Source: Phoronis australis
Taxonomy: Eukaryota; Animalia; Phoronida
Direction: 5' to 3'
Length of the DNA stretch: 64,000 nt
Assembly: GCA_002633005.1 (NCBI GenBank)
Contig: NMRA01000884.1
Coordinates: forward strand, 46,220-110,219
Shown: positions 14,239 to 29,200 of the stretch, in pieces
How positions within the stretch are numbered: the stretch's first letter is position 1
Layout of the letters: every line of letters begins with the position of its first letter
Notes under the pieces: model-generated
Databases searched by the model: none
The model's input: only the letters and a program-made list of their open reading frames with translations
Told to the model about the DNA's origin: nothing
Translations under genes and position numbers: made by a program

Positions 14239-15969
14239 TTGGTGGACATGTGTTTAGCGCCACCTACAAATTCTATGTAATGCGGGCGGAAGGTCTCGTC
14301 CTACTGGTATAAACAGCGTTTTAACACATTCCTTGCTATTATAATGCCGGCAAATGTGCACTCCTGAGCTGTGGGATGCACCAATGTCTTACGAAAAAAG
14401 AAAACCCTGATGAGCAAGGACGTCCTTTCTGCGTACAATACCCACTGTGAAGATGCCGCCCCTCCAGTGTACATGTACATGTATCCAGTGGAATAATTTC
14501 GACTCGACAGGGTTTCAAAAAGCCAAACTTAATTAGTAATCTTCAACTAATCACAAAGGGAGGGAGTGACAGTGAAGTCTGCTTTTATCGTTAGGAACCA
14601 CTAGGTAGTATTTGAATTTCTGCCTGCCAATTATGAGTCGGAATCAATTGCTTTTGCGCCCTCATGAAACTAGAGAGCGCAAACATGAAAAATATGATAA
14701 GTCCCCAATTGTGCTGTTGTTTATTTGGCCGTGTCGGATTCTGTTATTCCTTGTAATTCTCGACCAGAGTATTGGATTGACACTAGTGTCTCGCTAGAAA
14801 AGCAAGATCTCGAGAAATTCCGCAAGACATCGTCGTGTATTTTCAATGAGAGCATGTGATTTGGGTTAGATTTTCTAGCCGCGTGACAGTGAGTGAACTC
14901 GATTTCGATATACTGATCCATGAGGACTTCACAGAAAACAGGGGTGCGTTCCTTAGGAGTTAGGCACTCGTGAGTACACATAGTGTGATTGCGAGGCAAT
15001 TCGCTTCAAATGCATGACGATATCTCACACGAAACTCTACTGAACGCAGCTCAAGGTGTTCGGGTACTGTTCCAGTGAGTGGAAAAACCGAAGCAACGTC
15101 TCGCAAACAGAACGCATGTGCAAACATGGCGCCCCTAAAGAGGCTAAGGGAACTAAGATCTGCAGGAAATTGTGACCTGATGTCGAGTATTTGCTTTTAC
15201 TGACATAATCGTCGTCTCGCGGCGCTTCTCCACTGTTCCTCTCTGGCTGGTATCGTAAAACCTGTTTTTCGCGATCCTTACCTAAAGTTTAGCAAATCCG
15301 CAGTTTCCATCGTTATTTTCGCTTTTGTGATGAAATGAGGAAATAAGACTAGCATTATTTTCGTTCCAAAGGCTAAGAAACGTAAAACAGCTCTAGGAAA
15401 ATAAAAAATTCATCGAAGCTTAAACGACACTGACACTGCTTGCACAACTGTTCACGGTTAATGGTTATATTACTTTTGGCTGATGCATTGTTTCTAAGTT
15501 TCCGCCGAACTTTTAACATTAAATGGATGGTTCTTTGTTTTAAGTTGCATATTTCACGACCGGAAAATTCTTATCAAATAATTATGAAGTAAAACTTTAG
15601 TAGTTATTTAACATCATAGACAATCTTGCCGTTCAACCGGCGCGGGTAAGCTCATGCATACAGTATAAATGACGTCGTGCACATGTTTGACAGCGAGCCA
15701 AAGCACATTGTTACAACATAATGCCGCGATACCTTTAAGTTCGCCACATGTACATGAGATAAATAAGTTGTGCTACCTAAATGGGAATACCACGGCGATA
15801 TCTCATCGAGAATTCAATTCACCGGGGGATGACCCAAGAAAACAGTAGGTCGAGTTCGGACATTCTCAGATGAAATGGATTCTCGATAGGATATGGCAGT
15901 AATATTCCGTAAGTGTATAGTACATATATGTGATGACCTATGTGTATAATGTTTATGAGCTAAGTGGGT

Positions 15970-16205
15970 GGCAGTGTGACTTAGTGGGATAATGTCCGCT
16001 TCTTTATTCAAGGTCGTGAGTTCGAGTCACACAGGGGCACACTGCTAGACCATGAGTCAGGTATCTAGCTCCTCAGCATAGTTTAATCTATACACTAATG
16101 AAACATAAAATGGTTCCAGGTGATAAATGCAATGAGCTCACCCTAGCGGTCTGCGCATGTCTGGTACAACATGTACCAGACCGCCTGCAAGTACTTTATT
16201 ATTTT
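15970..16205 (+). mobile_element. tRNA-derived SINE
   Basis: A-box-like TGACTTAGTGG, B-box-like GAGTTCGAGTC about 40 bp downstream, a 3' hairpin (gtctggtaca..tgtaccagac) and a tttattatt tail. Confidence 0.55.
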
Positions 16206-17184
16206 TCGTGATAAGTTTAATCACGAAAGCAAAGTGGGTTGAACTTGTCAATAAGGAACTTCTCCAAGGGAACTTTTAATGTTTTCTCAATAGAACTACG
16301 TAGGCCTACTTGTACTACCTGCTCTGTTGATGAAATGCGATTCGTAGGTACTGGGACAACTTTTGTACATGGATATGTTGTCTAACATCACACCCGCAGC
16401 ATAGAAAAAATATGTCGAGCTCACCAGAATATGCAAGTTAGACAAAGTTTCTGAAAGGGTCAAAATCCACTTCTAAAAAGCATCTAGTAATATTTCAAAA
16501 AACTTTATTTATCCAAATCTGTCAGATTATTCCTACCGACCCGTCAAACTGAGGACGCTTTAGCACCTATGGTTCAAAATCTTACTGTTAAAATTACAAG
16601 TAGAAATGGTATTTTATCGTGTGATAGTAAAACATAGAGAAGACAAATTCCCTAGACCTAGTTGGGCTCAGAGAAAACTAAAACGAACTTAAAATTATAA
16701 CAGTGTAATATCACTCATCTGCAAGTCTTTCTCATAGATTCAGGAAGCAAGGTAACCGTGTTACAACGGTTTAAAAAGCCAAACTCCAATGGCGGAACAA
16801 TTCCGAATCGATTGATGTCCGTTAATCTAAACTGAAATACATCACATGTCTGACAAATAACCCCAGTGACGTAACAGAGACAAATCACTCACACGTTTGG
16901 CACAATCTCGTAATATCCCGTTGCAGTTCACGTCATCTGCTGCACGTTCTGGATATACAACATTCGAAAGTACTCTTGTACAACTCGTTACCAATATTTC
17001 TCAATGGATCAGGCATAAGAAAAAAATCCTTTCCAAATTTATCAGTTCACTCTTTCCACTGCAACTGGTCTGCACGGGGGTGATCTATTCCGTTTTCCTA
17101 TAATTGTGGCATTTCATCGTTACAATACTCTTTTTTCATCTGTTCTCGTTGCGAGTAACCTTTTCGGATAGTTGCAACACAGTG

Positions 17185-17221
17185 CTAGCCTTTATGTTCT
17201 TCTGCGCCTATAACTAGCTCA
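17185..17221 (-). CDS. LRRC74: LRRC74-like last coding exon
   Basis: TTTCAG acceptor, then (S)ELVIGAEEHKG*, completing the EF-hand ...DFSEL. Confidence 0.8.
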
Positions 17222-20200
17222 CTGAAAGCAAGATCACATAATTAGTGCGCGGTTTAACACTCTAAATCGTTGGAAATGTAATACTATTTTCTTGAGGCAA
17301 TCTAATACTTCAAAGATCATCTATTTAATGTCATTTCAGTGGGAATCAGGGCTGAATTTTGTTAACCAAAGACACTAGCAAGAAAGCAAACTGCGACTAC
17401 CATGACAGACTTCAGTTGTAATGGGCAGCGACGTTTCGCTGAGTCGCAAAGATTTGCGTGATGTCGTTTTTCTGGGGAAACACCTTCCACAACCAATCGA
17501 ACTCCTGTCAAATATTAAACAGGTTAGCCTGGTGATCTGGCCAAACGGAAACCCTGCCCACCCTATCTGCAGTTCTTTTGGCCTACTTTGAAATATTTTA
17601 GTGATTCGGCGGCGTAGAACAGATATGTACGCAGACCCGTGTCCAACGCTTTGAACAATTGACACATGTCAAACGCCACGTAGTTTATTCTAATAAAGCC
17701 CAAGGTATGATCACCTGAAGTCAATTTCTCCATCGCCGTCTTGGTCAAGTACTTTGATGAGGTCTTCAATTTGTGATGACGTCATCGGGATCTTGGCTGC
17801 CTAAAGGGAACAATGAAGATGAGAGACTGGATTTTTTGTCGGTTTAGGACTGGCCTATTATTGTTATAACAGATGTTTTAAAGTGTACACAACATGACTC
17901 TAGTACCTCAAAATAAATGTTATTATTTTATCTTACTTGATTTCAGTGCCTTTAGTGCACAGCTCATTAAGAAACACGCAAAAATTGAAAAAAATAATAA
18001 TTATGTACAACGTCATGGGTTGAACCCAAGTCGTTCGCCATGCTGTTCGGATTAGAGACAAGGTTTATAGATTGAAGTGAAAGCAAAGTACATTTAGCGT
18101 CGAGAAGGTTCGTAGAAGGATCAAAAGCAGCAGCCAGGCGGAGAACGTCTCGGTGTTCCGAAGGACACCAAAGTTGCGCAGAAGTGGCATCGCTTCGTGC
18201 GCCGAACGAGAGTGTGGGACCTCATAGTGGACCAAGCGATTCGGTCCGGGGCCACTCTGTGTTCTGCCCACTTTGAGGACTCGTGTTTCGACTCCAGTCA
18301 CAGGAGACGTTACGATAAAGGCCTGATTCAATAAAGGATAATATTTATCATTCAGAAACATCGGCTTTTAAATTCAGGATCGTCTGTTGGATGACTGGGT
18401 TGACTCGCCGAGCCCGAGGCCGCTTCTCCTCGCGGGAGGATCCAGTTCGTAAGACTCAAAGTAGAAAAGTACGCAGCCGGAAGCACATTAAATTTGTTCT
18501 CGCTTTCGTGCAACCCCATTTCCTCATCGTGGCCACCATTCCCGTACGTCTCTTCATAGTATTCGTTCAATTCTTGATCATAATCACCGTCGCTTTCAAA
18601 TTCCCTGCTCTCCGCCATTGTTCAATGCTAGTCACTGATCTCTTGTGTTCAACCCATGACGTCACATGGCGGGAAATGTGAAAATTGGCAAAATTGAAAG
18701 AAAAATCAAAATTTCGATCTAATTACAGAAAATAAACATGGGTTTAGCTAAATTTTACGTTGTACATTTAGTCTGTGGCCTCCGGTAATCCAAAATGTGC
18801 AAAAATCCATGGTGTGTACTGTTTAATTCACACTTGACAGCTGATGGAATTCAGAAAGCGGTTCGAGATTTATCCACTCATATTTTTTTTCCAAAAAATA
18901 CCCAGTGATTGAATGATGTCACATACATTTAATCGTGTATTTCCGCTTCATGAGTGGTGACACGCTTAAAGGAACAGGAGGTTGAACGGTTAGGCACGGA
19001 AAGAAATATGTATTGCGACATAAACTGAAAGCGTGAAAGAATCTGAGTGCTGTCATTACTTACTTTTAAGCCATCCTTAAATTCATCGTACGAGACACTC
19101 ATACTTCCGTCCTGATCAATCTGCGCGAACAGGTCGACGAGATTAATATTGTTTTCCGTCATATACTGCTGGAAGAAGGACAGGGCTTCATTAACCACGT
19201 CATAACTCTTCAACTTCCGCTTGCCGTATGAGTCTGTGTAACCGTGGATGCAGTTAAAGTTGGTGTGCACTTCTTGTACGTCAGCGATTTTTTGTTTAAA
19301 TTCCTCTCCGTACGTCATTTCCTGTAAAAATAAAATTACGTTCTACCTAATGCTGACTGATACAGGACACAATCTTGAGTTGATATATCAATTGCAACGG
19401 TACCACTTTTATCCTGTTAACAAGATGCCTTTGAAAATCACACATTGGACGTTTGATAGTACTGCAAATGGGTATTGATGTGTGCCACGGGAACACTGTA
19501 GGAAAGTAAACATATTTGGGAATTCCTGACACCCGATTGATGTTAGCCTGGCGGTGTTGCTTAAACGCAAGAATCTCGCGAACGAAGCAGCAGTTGAGCC
19601 TTACGTGCTTTGCATGTACATGGAGTCAGCTTGCCTGATTTTGTTTTCACGAGGATATCGTGTCTTCGAAACGCACGACTGAGCTGCAAATTAACGTCAA
19701 TTGACCACTGCCAGAAATAAAAAAACATTAAAACATTTAGTTGCATAACCTTTGTAAATTAACGAGTATCAACGATAATTTTTTTCATTCAACATTCTCG
19801 ATATCTCACTATAGTAAATAACTGCAGACACTACGCATATATGACTCTTTATTCACTGGAATTTCCCCGTTGCAGAAGCGTCGCAGTCGGTTTTAAAACG
19901 TCTAATCGAATAATGTTTATTCAATTCCCTTTGAAAGAAACTGATCGCATGTTTTAGGGTCTATATAGTATTCCATTTCTGTTACAGAGTACTTAAGGTC
20001 TGAGTTTACAAAATGGTCTCATTCTGGAACAGCGTGTGCAGCACATAGAGAAAAAGCTGAGTGTAAAGCAATCGATTGTAAGATGAAATAAAGTCCAAGG
20101 CATACGATTAGTCCAATTATACATACTGCTAGATCAAGAAGTTCTAGTTTGATCTCCGACGTTTGCAGAAGAAGATCCATTACGGCCATTGCAGGCTCCT

Positions 20201-23200
20201 CGGGCACGACGTTTCGACCAAGCTTAAAGAAATAAAAAGATCGAGTTAACGGTAGACACGACATCGTTTGGTCTCTAAGTCTCAAAGTTTAAAAAAATTG
20301 ATGAAAATAAAACAACCGTATTAAATATGTATAACCGAGTAGTCTTGTGACAGACACCACAACTGCATAAAAATTAGCTGCAAAATCCACATGCAACGGA
20401 GACTGGCATCAACATGAATTGAATCTTTCACAAAAAAACATAATTCTGCATTGCTATGAAATTTATGAAGTTCGCGCATACATCTTCAACTTGTGAAAAG
20501 ATATATTCCATCTTTAACTCAAACGAACATATTTACCAAATCTTTATTGAGAACTAGTTTTTACCCGTAGCGTCTGCAACGTGTCGTTTGTTGTGAGGCA
20601 TTTACACAGTCTGAGGAATCCTTCCGCCATAATGCGATTACACGTTAAATCGAGTTCTTGTAATGTTCTGTTATTCTCCAAGGCAACGCCCATGGCAATG
20701 GCACCATCATTTCCGAATCCGTTCCAGGCAAGATTGAGAGACTTAAGTCCAACATTGTCCTAAAAAAACACACACCATTTCGCCACCATTTTACAGCTGC
20801 AAGTAGTATTAACAAATCAAGACTGAAATATATCATACGACCACTACTACTTCTGTACATGTACTTTTGTCTTTTGATTCGATAGAACAAAGAACAATGA
20901 GTTACGTTATGAGGTGATGTTGACATCTCAGACGACTGTCCAAGCAGAGAGCAGAGGGCGTTGGTAGCCGCAGGTGATAAAATGACAATGTAACGTGAGA
21001 CGAGGAAAAGTGAGTAAAATGCCAACAGTGGGCATGTAAGAAAACAAAATTAAACTAATCCCGAACACATCAGCTCACATTGACCTGACACTGCACTCGC
21101 GATCGGTCCGTATTTGAATGTAGATACATGTAATATTTAGGCCCACCGGCAATAACAATTCAGTGAAGAAGCTCTTAGTTCACGTCTGTTCTGTAATAGA
21201 CTGCAGTTGTTCTACAGACCTTAACACCTAAGCATATTGATAACGCTCCGTCGCCTCTCAGTTCGTTCCAACTCAAGTCGATGCTATCAAGGTTACCGTT
21301 TTCAGCTGAAAATCAATGCAAAACACCAAGTTTACTCGTTGTTTTGTATTCAGCGAATAATCGACTTGAGCCATTTTTAAAATGATGTGCTAGACAAAAG
21401 AACCATGATAATATATTACTATGGCAATTAGTTTTCCACTTAACTTCTAAGCCATCAATGCTTAATTGTACAACTGTGTGCTCAAAATCATTATTGCTTC
21501 CGATTGATTTTGTCTTCTGCGATGCAAGTTGTAAGTAATGTTTAGAGGTACATAGAGTAGAAACGTTGTGTCACTGTCCAGCGGTACATGTGCATCTACG
21601 ACTGACTTAACTAGTGCGGCAGTTACGTAGAGCACGAAGAAATAAAGACCTTCCAAAAATATTGATAAACACCGGACTGCTGTCGCTACTGGTGAATCTT
21701 TACCAAACCAAGGCCTAACTTGAGGACTCCTTGTAAACGTAAGCAAAACTAACCTATCAGTTTCCTGAATATGACCCCAGCTGTAGAACCAAAACAGTTG
21801 TTGCTGAGCGTGACGTCAGTTAAGCCCGTGTGGTCCTGAAATGTACATGTGCATGTAGGCCTACTCATTACTTTAAGTGTTTAGTACTCCTGGATTCATA
21901 TACTTTTAGTAAATTGGAAAATATGTTGATGTCGCTTGTAGTACCGTAAGATATGACATGTTGCGTGTGTTGTTCGCATCTACGAATCAGATTCGTTCGG
22001 TAAAATACAAAGCTTCGGCTACACGTTAAACACGAAGTACATGTAGAATGTAGAATGTGTCGTGAGAGGTCGGAATTCTTTGCTTTCTACGCGTAGATTG
22101 CGCCACAGTGTATACCCGACTCGCGTTCAGTCTTGTCACGGTAACAACGCGTTAGCAACTGATCTCGCGTAAGTGCACAACGTGAGCTTTAACTACCGAT
22201 TTACCGTAAAAGATCATTAAATTTATGCAACTTTTAACGTTAACTGTGTAGGCTAGAATGTTTAGTCACCCATAAGACGGAAGCCTTACGCGATTGAATG
22301 TGAAAATGACCTTTGCTCTAAGGCTCTCGTCATGTTCTCATAAAAGCAACAGTACTCGGGTGGTAATAGGTTACTAGTGCGCGAAAACAACGTAGCTTCG
22401 GTAATATTTAATGTACGCAAATGAGAAAAATGTTTTGATTAGAAATATTCAAATCAAACTGAGATTTTATGAACGTAAACACAAAGTTTTTTGTCAAGTT
22501 ACTCGAAATCACTTTTTGTGCCGACGAAATGTGACAGCTATGATCTTTACACGTTGAGTAATGATTGTTTACACCGTCCGAAGAATATAATGATGTCAAC
22601 CCAAACGTAGGTTTGACCCTCTTCCTCCGGTCGTCACCTATTTCCCTTACCCGCTCCTTTCTTCTGGCGGTATGACCTGTGGTGACCCACTCGTTCTTGT
22701 TCGCGTTTTACATGTAGCCTACGTGTAGCCGAAAACCTCCATTGTACCGAATTTCCGTACAACATGACTGTTTTCATTACTACATGAACACGAGTTCAGT
22801 TAATTTACTGCAAGAAAATTGTGCCCTTTCTATCGGAGATTTAAGACAATAGAAATAAGTTTCATGAAGGAAAAATCTTACAAACATATGTATCGAAGAT
22901 TACAAAATGCCTTCAATGGGGCTGTTCAACCACTGACTTCACCGCACTGCCAAACGACGAAATTGTTAGTTTTGTTGTCATTTTCTATTAGCATGCGCGC
23001 ACCCAGCCTAAATTATAGGGGGGTTGAATTTTTCGATATGCGGACCTTTTGCTGAAAAATTCAACGAGAACTAAAAAAAACAAAAAAGGCCACTAGGTTC
23101 AAGCCTGCGAATTGTGCAACTGCGCCGAATTCCTGTGGACTTTTGTCTCGTTTCCTCGGACTTTTTGTTTCATTGAGACGGACCTTTTTGCCCACTTCTC

Positions 23201-26200
23201 TCGTTCGAGCCCCCCGAGCCCTCCACCCCTGGGTGGGCCCATGATTAAGAACGCACTTTTTAAGCAGCCCTGCTATTCTTAAATTGAACCCCAGACCAAC
23301 GAATAGACATTTATATTTCACAGCTTCTATTCACGATGAAGTTAGTTTCGCGTCTGGTCAAACTCCGGCTACTCTGAAAACGTTATGGTACCGGTATGCA
23401 TAGCAGGACCAAATCAAGTAGGTCATGTTCCGAAACTGCCAAAAGATTTCATGATATTGCCTTATTTTGGTTACAACGATAAAGGATTAGAGTTCGCTAA
23501 GGCTATTTCAAAATGAAACAACCGGTCGCGTCTGTGGGTAAAATGATTATTACATAATCGTTACGTGTCGAAAAACAACAAATTTATATTTAAGGTCGAG
23601 ATTGATTGAGAGGTCATAAAGTTCCAAGTTGACGCATACGTGATCTCAAAATAGTAATTTCAGCTCAGGCTCAACAACACAATATCAGCCAATCAAAGTC
23701 AAAGAGTAAGTAAGAGAATTATGAAATGCACAGTCCCAAAGATTTACGACAATTTTTTATTTACAGACGCGGGAGACCCAATAGCGGATTTGCAGCGAAC
23801 TACGCATTGCGCATGTGCGAGTTACTTCCTGCCCAAAGGCTCATGGGTTGTGGTCAGGCATGTCTTGAGCAGGCTGGATAGTGTGTGCATTTGGAGTGAT
23901 TTGCAAACTAAAATCCATGTTTCATTTTTTTGCTTTATAATACCAAGCAAGTCCTCTCTCTCGTTTGTAAACACAGCGTAGCTATGATCAGTGACCGTGT
24001 GACCGAGGGCACGACTGTCGTCATGTTCAGTATTGGGGCTATCGGCGTTGATTTCGAAATCTCCTCCGGTTTCAGACAAGTTGATAGTTCTTGGGTTGCT
24101 TAACTTTTGTAGCTTTCCCCGTGGATATGCTAGAGACGTTAATTTTAAGAGGAAACTCCGTCGGAATGTTGTTCTCATACGTTTTTTTTTCCACCAGGAA
24201 AATGTTCGCTGCACACACGATGGCCCCTAGGCAATTACATCGCACTGGATGCCGCAGGGGCGATAGTACGTCCTCACAAAAAGTTACTCATTTCAAAATA
24301 CAGCAAATANTATTACAAAAATCGTTACGTGTCGAAAAACAACAAATTTATATTTAAGGTCGAGATTGATTGAGAGGTCATAAAGTTCCAAGTTGACGCA
24401 TACGTGATTTCAGAATAGTAATTTCAGCTCAGGCTCAACAACACAATATCAGCCAATCAAAGACAAAGAGTAAGTAAGAGAATTATGAAATGCACAGTCC
24501 CAAAGATTTACGACAAATTTTTATTTACAGACGCGGGAGACCCAATTGACAGAGACCATTGCTAGGTATCGTGGAGATAATGAGGTTTCACAGTGCATCA
24601 AAATTTGACGGGTTAGTTGTGCGGGAAATTCCTTGCACAAGCTTGCCTTTATGCATGTATATGAATACGATAATGTTGTACGGCAACTTAGGTGTGTTAA
24701 ACCGAATGAACATGGTTTGCAGAAAATCTGACAAGGTGAATTACGTATCTGTGCGCTCAATTAGTGTATGTACAATTCTGTGTTCATTGCGCTAAATCTG
24801 ACAACCTTGTGACATGAAGTTTAATCATCGGGTACCAGTAAAACACATAGCCAATATCGGTTAGTGATCCTCCAAGTAACATATATACAACTGTATGTGT
24901 GTTCATTGTCAAGGACAAACGTAAGTTGACAAAGAACATCATAATGCGCTCCAAAGATCATCTGTTTTAACTAACAATTTGGAAAAAAAATATCAAGGGA
25001 ATACAAACTTAATCTATTACTTCGCAAAACATTACAAGTAAATGTTAGGATGTGGCTGTGAAATATCGAATTTTCACTTCCGAGTTCTATTAACAAATTA
25101 TCACAAGCTAAAACGTAGCGGCATTACAAACCTCGATGGCTCTTGAAATCACACCGGCGTCAGTGTCCGTAAAGTTGTTTCCTGAGATGTCAATTTTCTT
25201 CAAATGTTGGCAAGATCGGACCATTTGTCCAACGACTTTAGCACCATAACCATGCAAGTTGTTTTCAGCGAGATTCTAAAATTAAATTGAACTGGTAGTT
25301 TCAGTACATGTACAGTAGGCTTAAAATCTCAAATTGTTTAACAGGATGACGGAAAAAGATTTATTTTCAAACTGACGTGAAGCTTGCCACTCACACACGT
25401 TATAGTTTATCGCTTTGTGAAGTACGTGACATCGTGTGGAAAATATTGATTTAGAACCCACTCTGTTGAAGATTTAGAACAGACAGTGCTTGTAGTGGTT
25501 TGAGCTTCAGACTTCCGTTTGGGGAACCCGGTTCAAATCTTGGCTTTACTGGCAGACAATCGAGCATTCCACAAAAATATCCCCTATTCCTCTGAGTTCA
25601 GTCCTAGTGTATGTATGCAAGGGAGCGCAATAGGAACCTGGATATAATGCTAAAGTGATTTCAGGGGATGCAAATATTAAAATATTATAATAACGGATAA
25701 ATGGATTTACCAATACGTTCCACGAATATAGTGCACAGTAGTAAGGTTGATCGACTTGAGAGCATGCACTACATTGCAAGCATGTACATTGTATGACCCG
25801 AATGTAATTTTGGCCCATGTTGTGTTTTCAGTGTTTTATCAGTAATGCACTTTATAACCGGCACTGTTATTAAATGTTCGATATAATTATATTCACCATG
25901 CTTTTGCCAGGTGACCAAATGGATCTCCACCAAAGCACAGTAGGTGGCTTTCAATCATTTCCTAACTAGTTGGGATGGAAATTCATGAGTATTTATCTGC
26001 TTACCAACTCCACAATGGACGTATTTTCCTCCATCATGCGACATATTTGTAGCACCCCGTCAGAGCCAAGGTCGTTTCCTTTGAGATTCAGACTTGTAAT
26101 TCTGTCGTTAATCTGACGAAAATACAGCGGTGAAAAAAATTAGGTTAGCGAAACTAATTCCAGTACTACAACACTCACGTGCAACAAGACTAAAAGCAAC

Positions 26201-29200
26201 CAGAGACGGATCAAGGATTTTTAGTTGGGGCGGGCTAGAGCAGAGTATTAGCCAGGATTTTGCCCGTCACATTCGCACCCCCGTACTGCCAAAGGGAATT
26301 TGAGAGAATTTTAAGGGGGCCATGACCCTCTTGCCCCCCTAAATCCGCCACTGGCAACAAGTAGTAACCTAAACAATCGTTATCGCGACCCTCATTCTGA
26401 TAAGAAGTATGAACAGGTTTAGTTGAGCAGTCACAGTAGTAAGCGCCCCATTCCGAAAAAACTGGGAGAAGAAAATAGAAGTGAGCATTTTGTACGAACA
26501 CTGATGACTGGACATAATCAAACTTGCCATTAAGTAAATAAGAGTCTAAAACGACTATTGTGTCCTAGTCCATAATACTCCTTACGGTGATAGCATTCTA
26601 TTTCCGTTACCAACAAGAGCATGGAAGTCCACCGCGTGGCATTAAAAACGCTCCAGATTTGGCCTACCTTGAAATTAGCACTCCGAAAATGACGCATGTA
26701 CGAATTGCTGAGTGTTCACCTGACACGCAGGCTCATTCGGCTGATAATCAAGACCTATGATGCTTGAAAACAACCACAGTAGACGGCTAAAAAATTTTGT
26801 TACTCAAAAGACGGCATCCTACGCATATTTTCACCGTTGGCTTCTAAATTCCGTCGGTCTTTAGCTTTGTTACATTCGAAAAATACAAATTTTGAGACGT
26901 CAACAGAATACACTTATTGTCTACTAGGGCCGACAAACGGGCTTAAGAAAACGTTAGGTATAAGAAGGCGCTCTGAACATATTTTGAACATCGGCGTCGT
27001 TACGCCGCCTTTAGTTTGCTCTTTTCGCAGATTACAATTTTGAAACAATAATTACTGGCGATTTGAATCGACGGTTCACTTTTCCGGGGATAACATGCGG
27101 CTTTGGAAATATGATACTTTTAAGATGGAGCCTTGCACCAATTCTAATATGTCAGGGTCATTCCGAAGTTTGTTCATTTCCCAAACTTATGTTTAAACAA
27201 GCTCAATTCGCTTCGTTTTGTTTCTCGTCGTGGAATATAGTAAGTTCGTGCAACGAGGATAAGTTTATTGATATCATGCCTACCACTAATGGTATAGAAA
27301 TACAAAGCGCTCCTTGCGGTCCAAGTCCATAATGGGACATGTTGATGTCACATGATCCCGATGATCCGGAAGTCTTCAGTTTGTTGTGGAATGCTGACGA
27401 TGGTACAATGCCGTATTTTTTGCATGCAGCCAGGTAGGCTCGCTCACCTGTCGGGTCCCATGAGAATCTCTTTTCTGAAACAGTATCAACACGGGTGTCG
27501 ACATCATTTCAGCAATGTTGCGGTCGGAAAATAGTAGACAGTAAACCAGAAATTAAAAAAAGATGATATTCAAAATAATAAGACAAGTGCTCCCAAGCAA
27601 TATCAAACACCAGCAAAGCATCATCTCATCTTACATTTCACATAATAGCTGGTCGACAGGGTCCCTGTCTACTAGATCCCTGGTAACGATAGAGTGAATA
27701 GAGTCATTCTGGCAAGGTATTAGGCCTAAATAACACACAACCTTTTTTCAGTATTCTTAGATCCCCAAAAGTTGCTTCACTGTAAAACTTGAACAACAGT
27801 GAATACAAAACCAAACGCATCTTACGCAAAGCAATGCAAACCTGTTTGGGGATACAGGGTTCAAAACAGTGGATTCCAAACTACTCACATAGGCGGATTT
27901 AGAGGGTGGGGGCAGGGCCACCCAATTGGAAGACAGCAAGGGCGTGAGGAAATATTGAGTTTACTAATTGACCCTGGTAATGTCGGAGCAGCCGAAACAA
28001 GGTGTAGGAAGCGTTTGCCCGTTTTTTTTGGTCGTGCGATTACATTTCAGCTGAAGAAGGTCCACATTCTCAAAAGTCCAAGCCCTCCTTCATTTCAGGC
28101 TGGGTGCGCGCATACAGTCGTGCTTAACGCAATTGGCCGAGACAAAGTGTTAGGCCCCATTTATGGTATCCCAGATCCGCCACTGACTCAGTAATCTTTA
28201 TTGTCACCACTAAGTGTCGTAGCACCTAATTTTCTGAAATATTTGTACTTCATCTTTTTCTCGTTGCCCTTTCAGAATTTGCCGATTCAGTCTATCCACT
28301 GATTAAAACGTACAAATATCAACGGTATCAAAAATTTATCACGAGGTCAAGGTTAGGGGGGCTTCTTATATGGAAATATAAAACATAACTTATGATACCC
28401 GGCATATGAACATACGATGTTGGTCAGTACAAGTATGATATCCTCCTAGTGACCCGACCTTATATTACACAGAACAACGGCAGAAGTACGCACGTGCAAA
28501 GTGTATCCATGCCGGAGCAAGTAAGGAGATTACGACTAGACGACGTAATATTTCGAAGCTATACCCCAAAAGCTCAAAAACAAAATATTTATTTTTGTGT
28601 ATTTTGTTCACAGGATAATTACCAGTTACTGTATTGATTATACACACTAAATCAAGTGGCCCCTTTATCGCAAGCGGTCACTCAAAACGTCACGTCAAAA
28701 TGGCCACATTGTTTCCTGATTAGGACAACACAATAGTACTAATTGATTTTACTGGATATGCGCCTTTAAACAAAAATCGGGTTCACTTAGTTTACTACAA
28801 CATGGTGTTATGTCTCTTCAACTCGTTTCGACAACGCATAAGCCATTATGGTCAGTGCCCCCACATTCGCCATCAGGCCTACTGAAAGGCAACCCTAATA
28901 CGCAATCAGCGCGATCCTCATTTCCCGTTCCACGACAAACGTCATGCAACCAAGTGTTTTGTCAGCGAACGCCAGTTGCATCATCATCGTTCTCCGTACA
29001 TGTAAATTGTGCGAATGCTGTTTCCAGAAGTTTTGGTAAAGCAAGACAAACCCTCGCCACTGATATGAACACCATTAGCCCACCGTATGACGCATGCGTT
29101 CAGCTTTTAAAGATAATTTGGTAAATGTCTCGAAAATCAAGTCCACAGTATAAGTTGTTCAGCTCGCAGATGGGACTATCTTTATTTTCTGTATACCACT

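Noticed and set aside
15970-16040. tRNA gene (also the segment at 25488-25545)
   Set aside because: A and B boxes are present but there is no paired acceptor stem or complete cloverleaf; interpreted as SINE heads.
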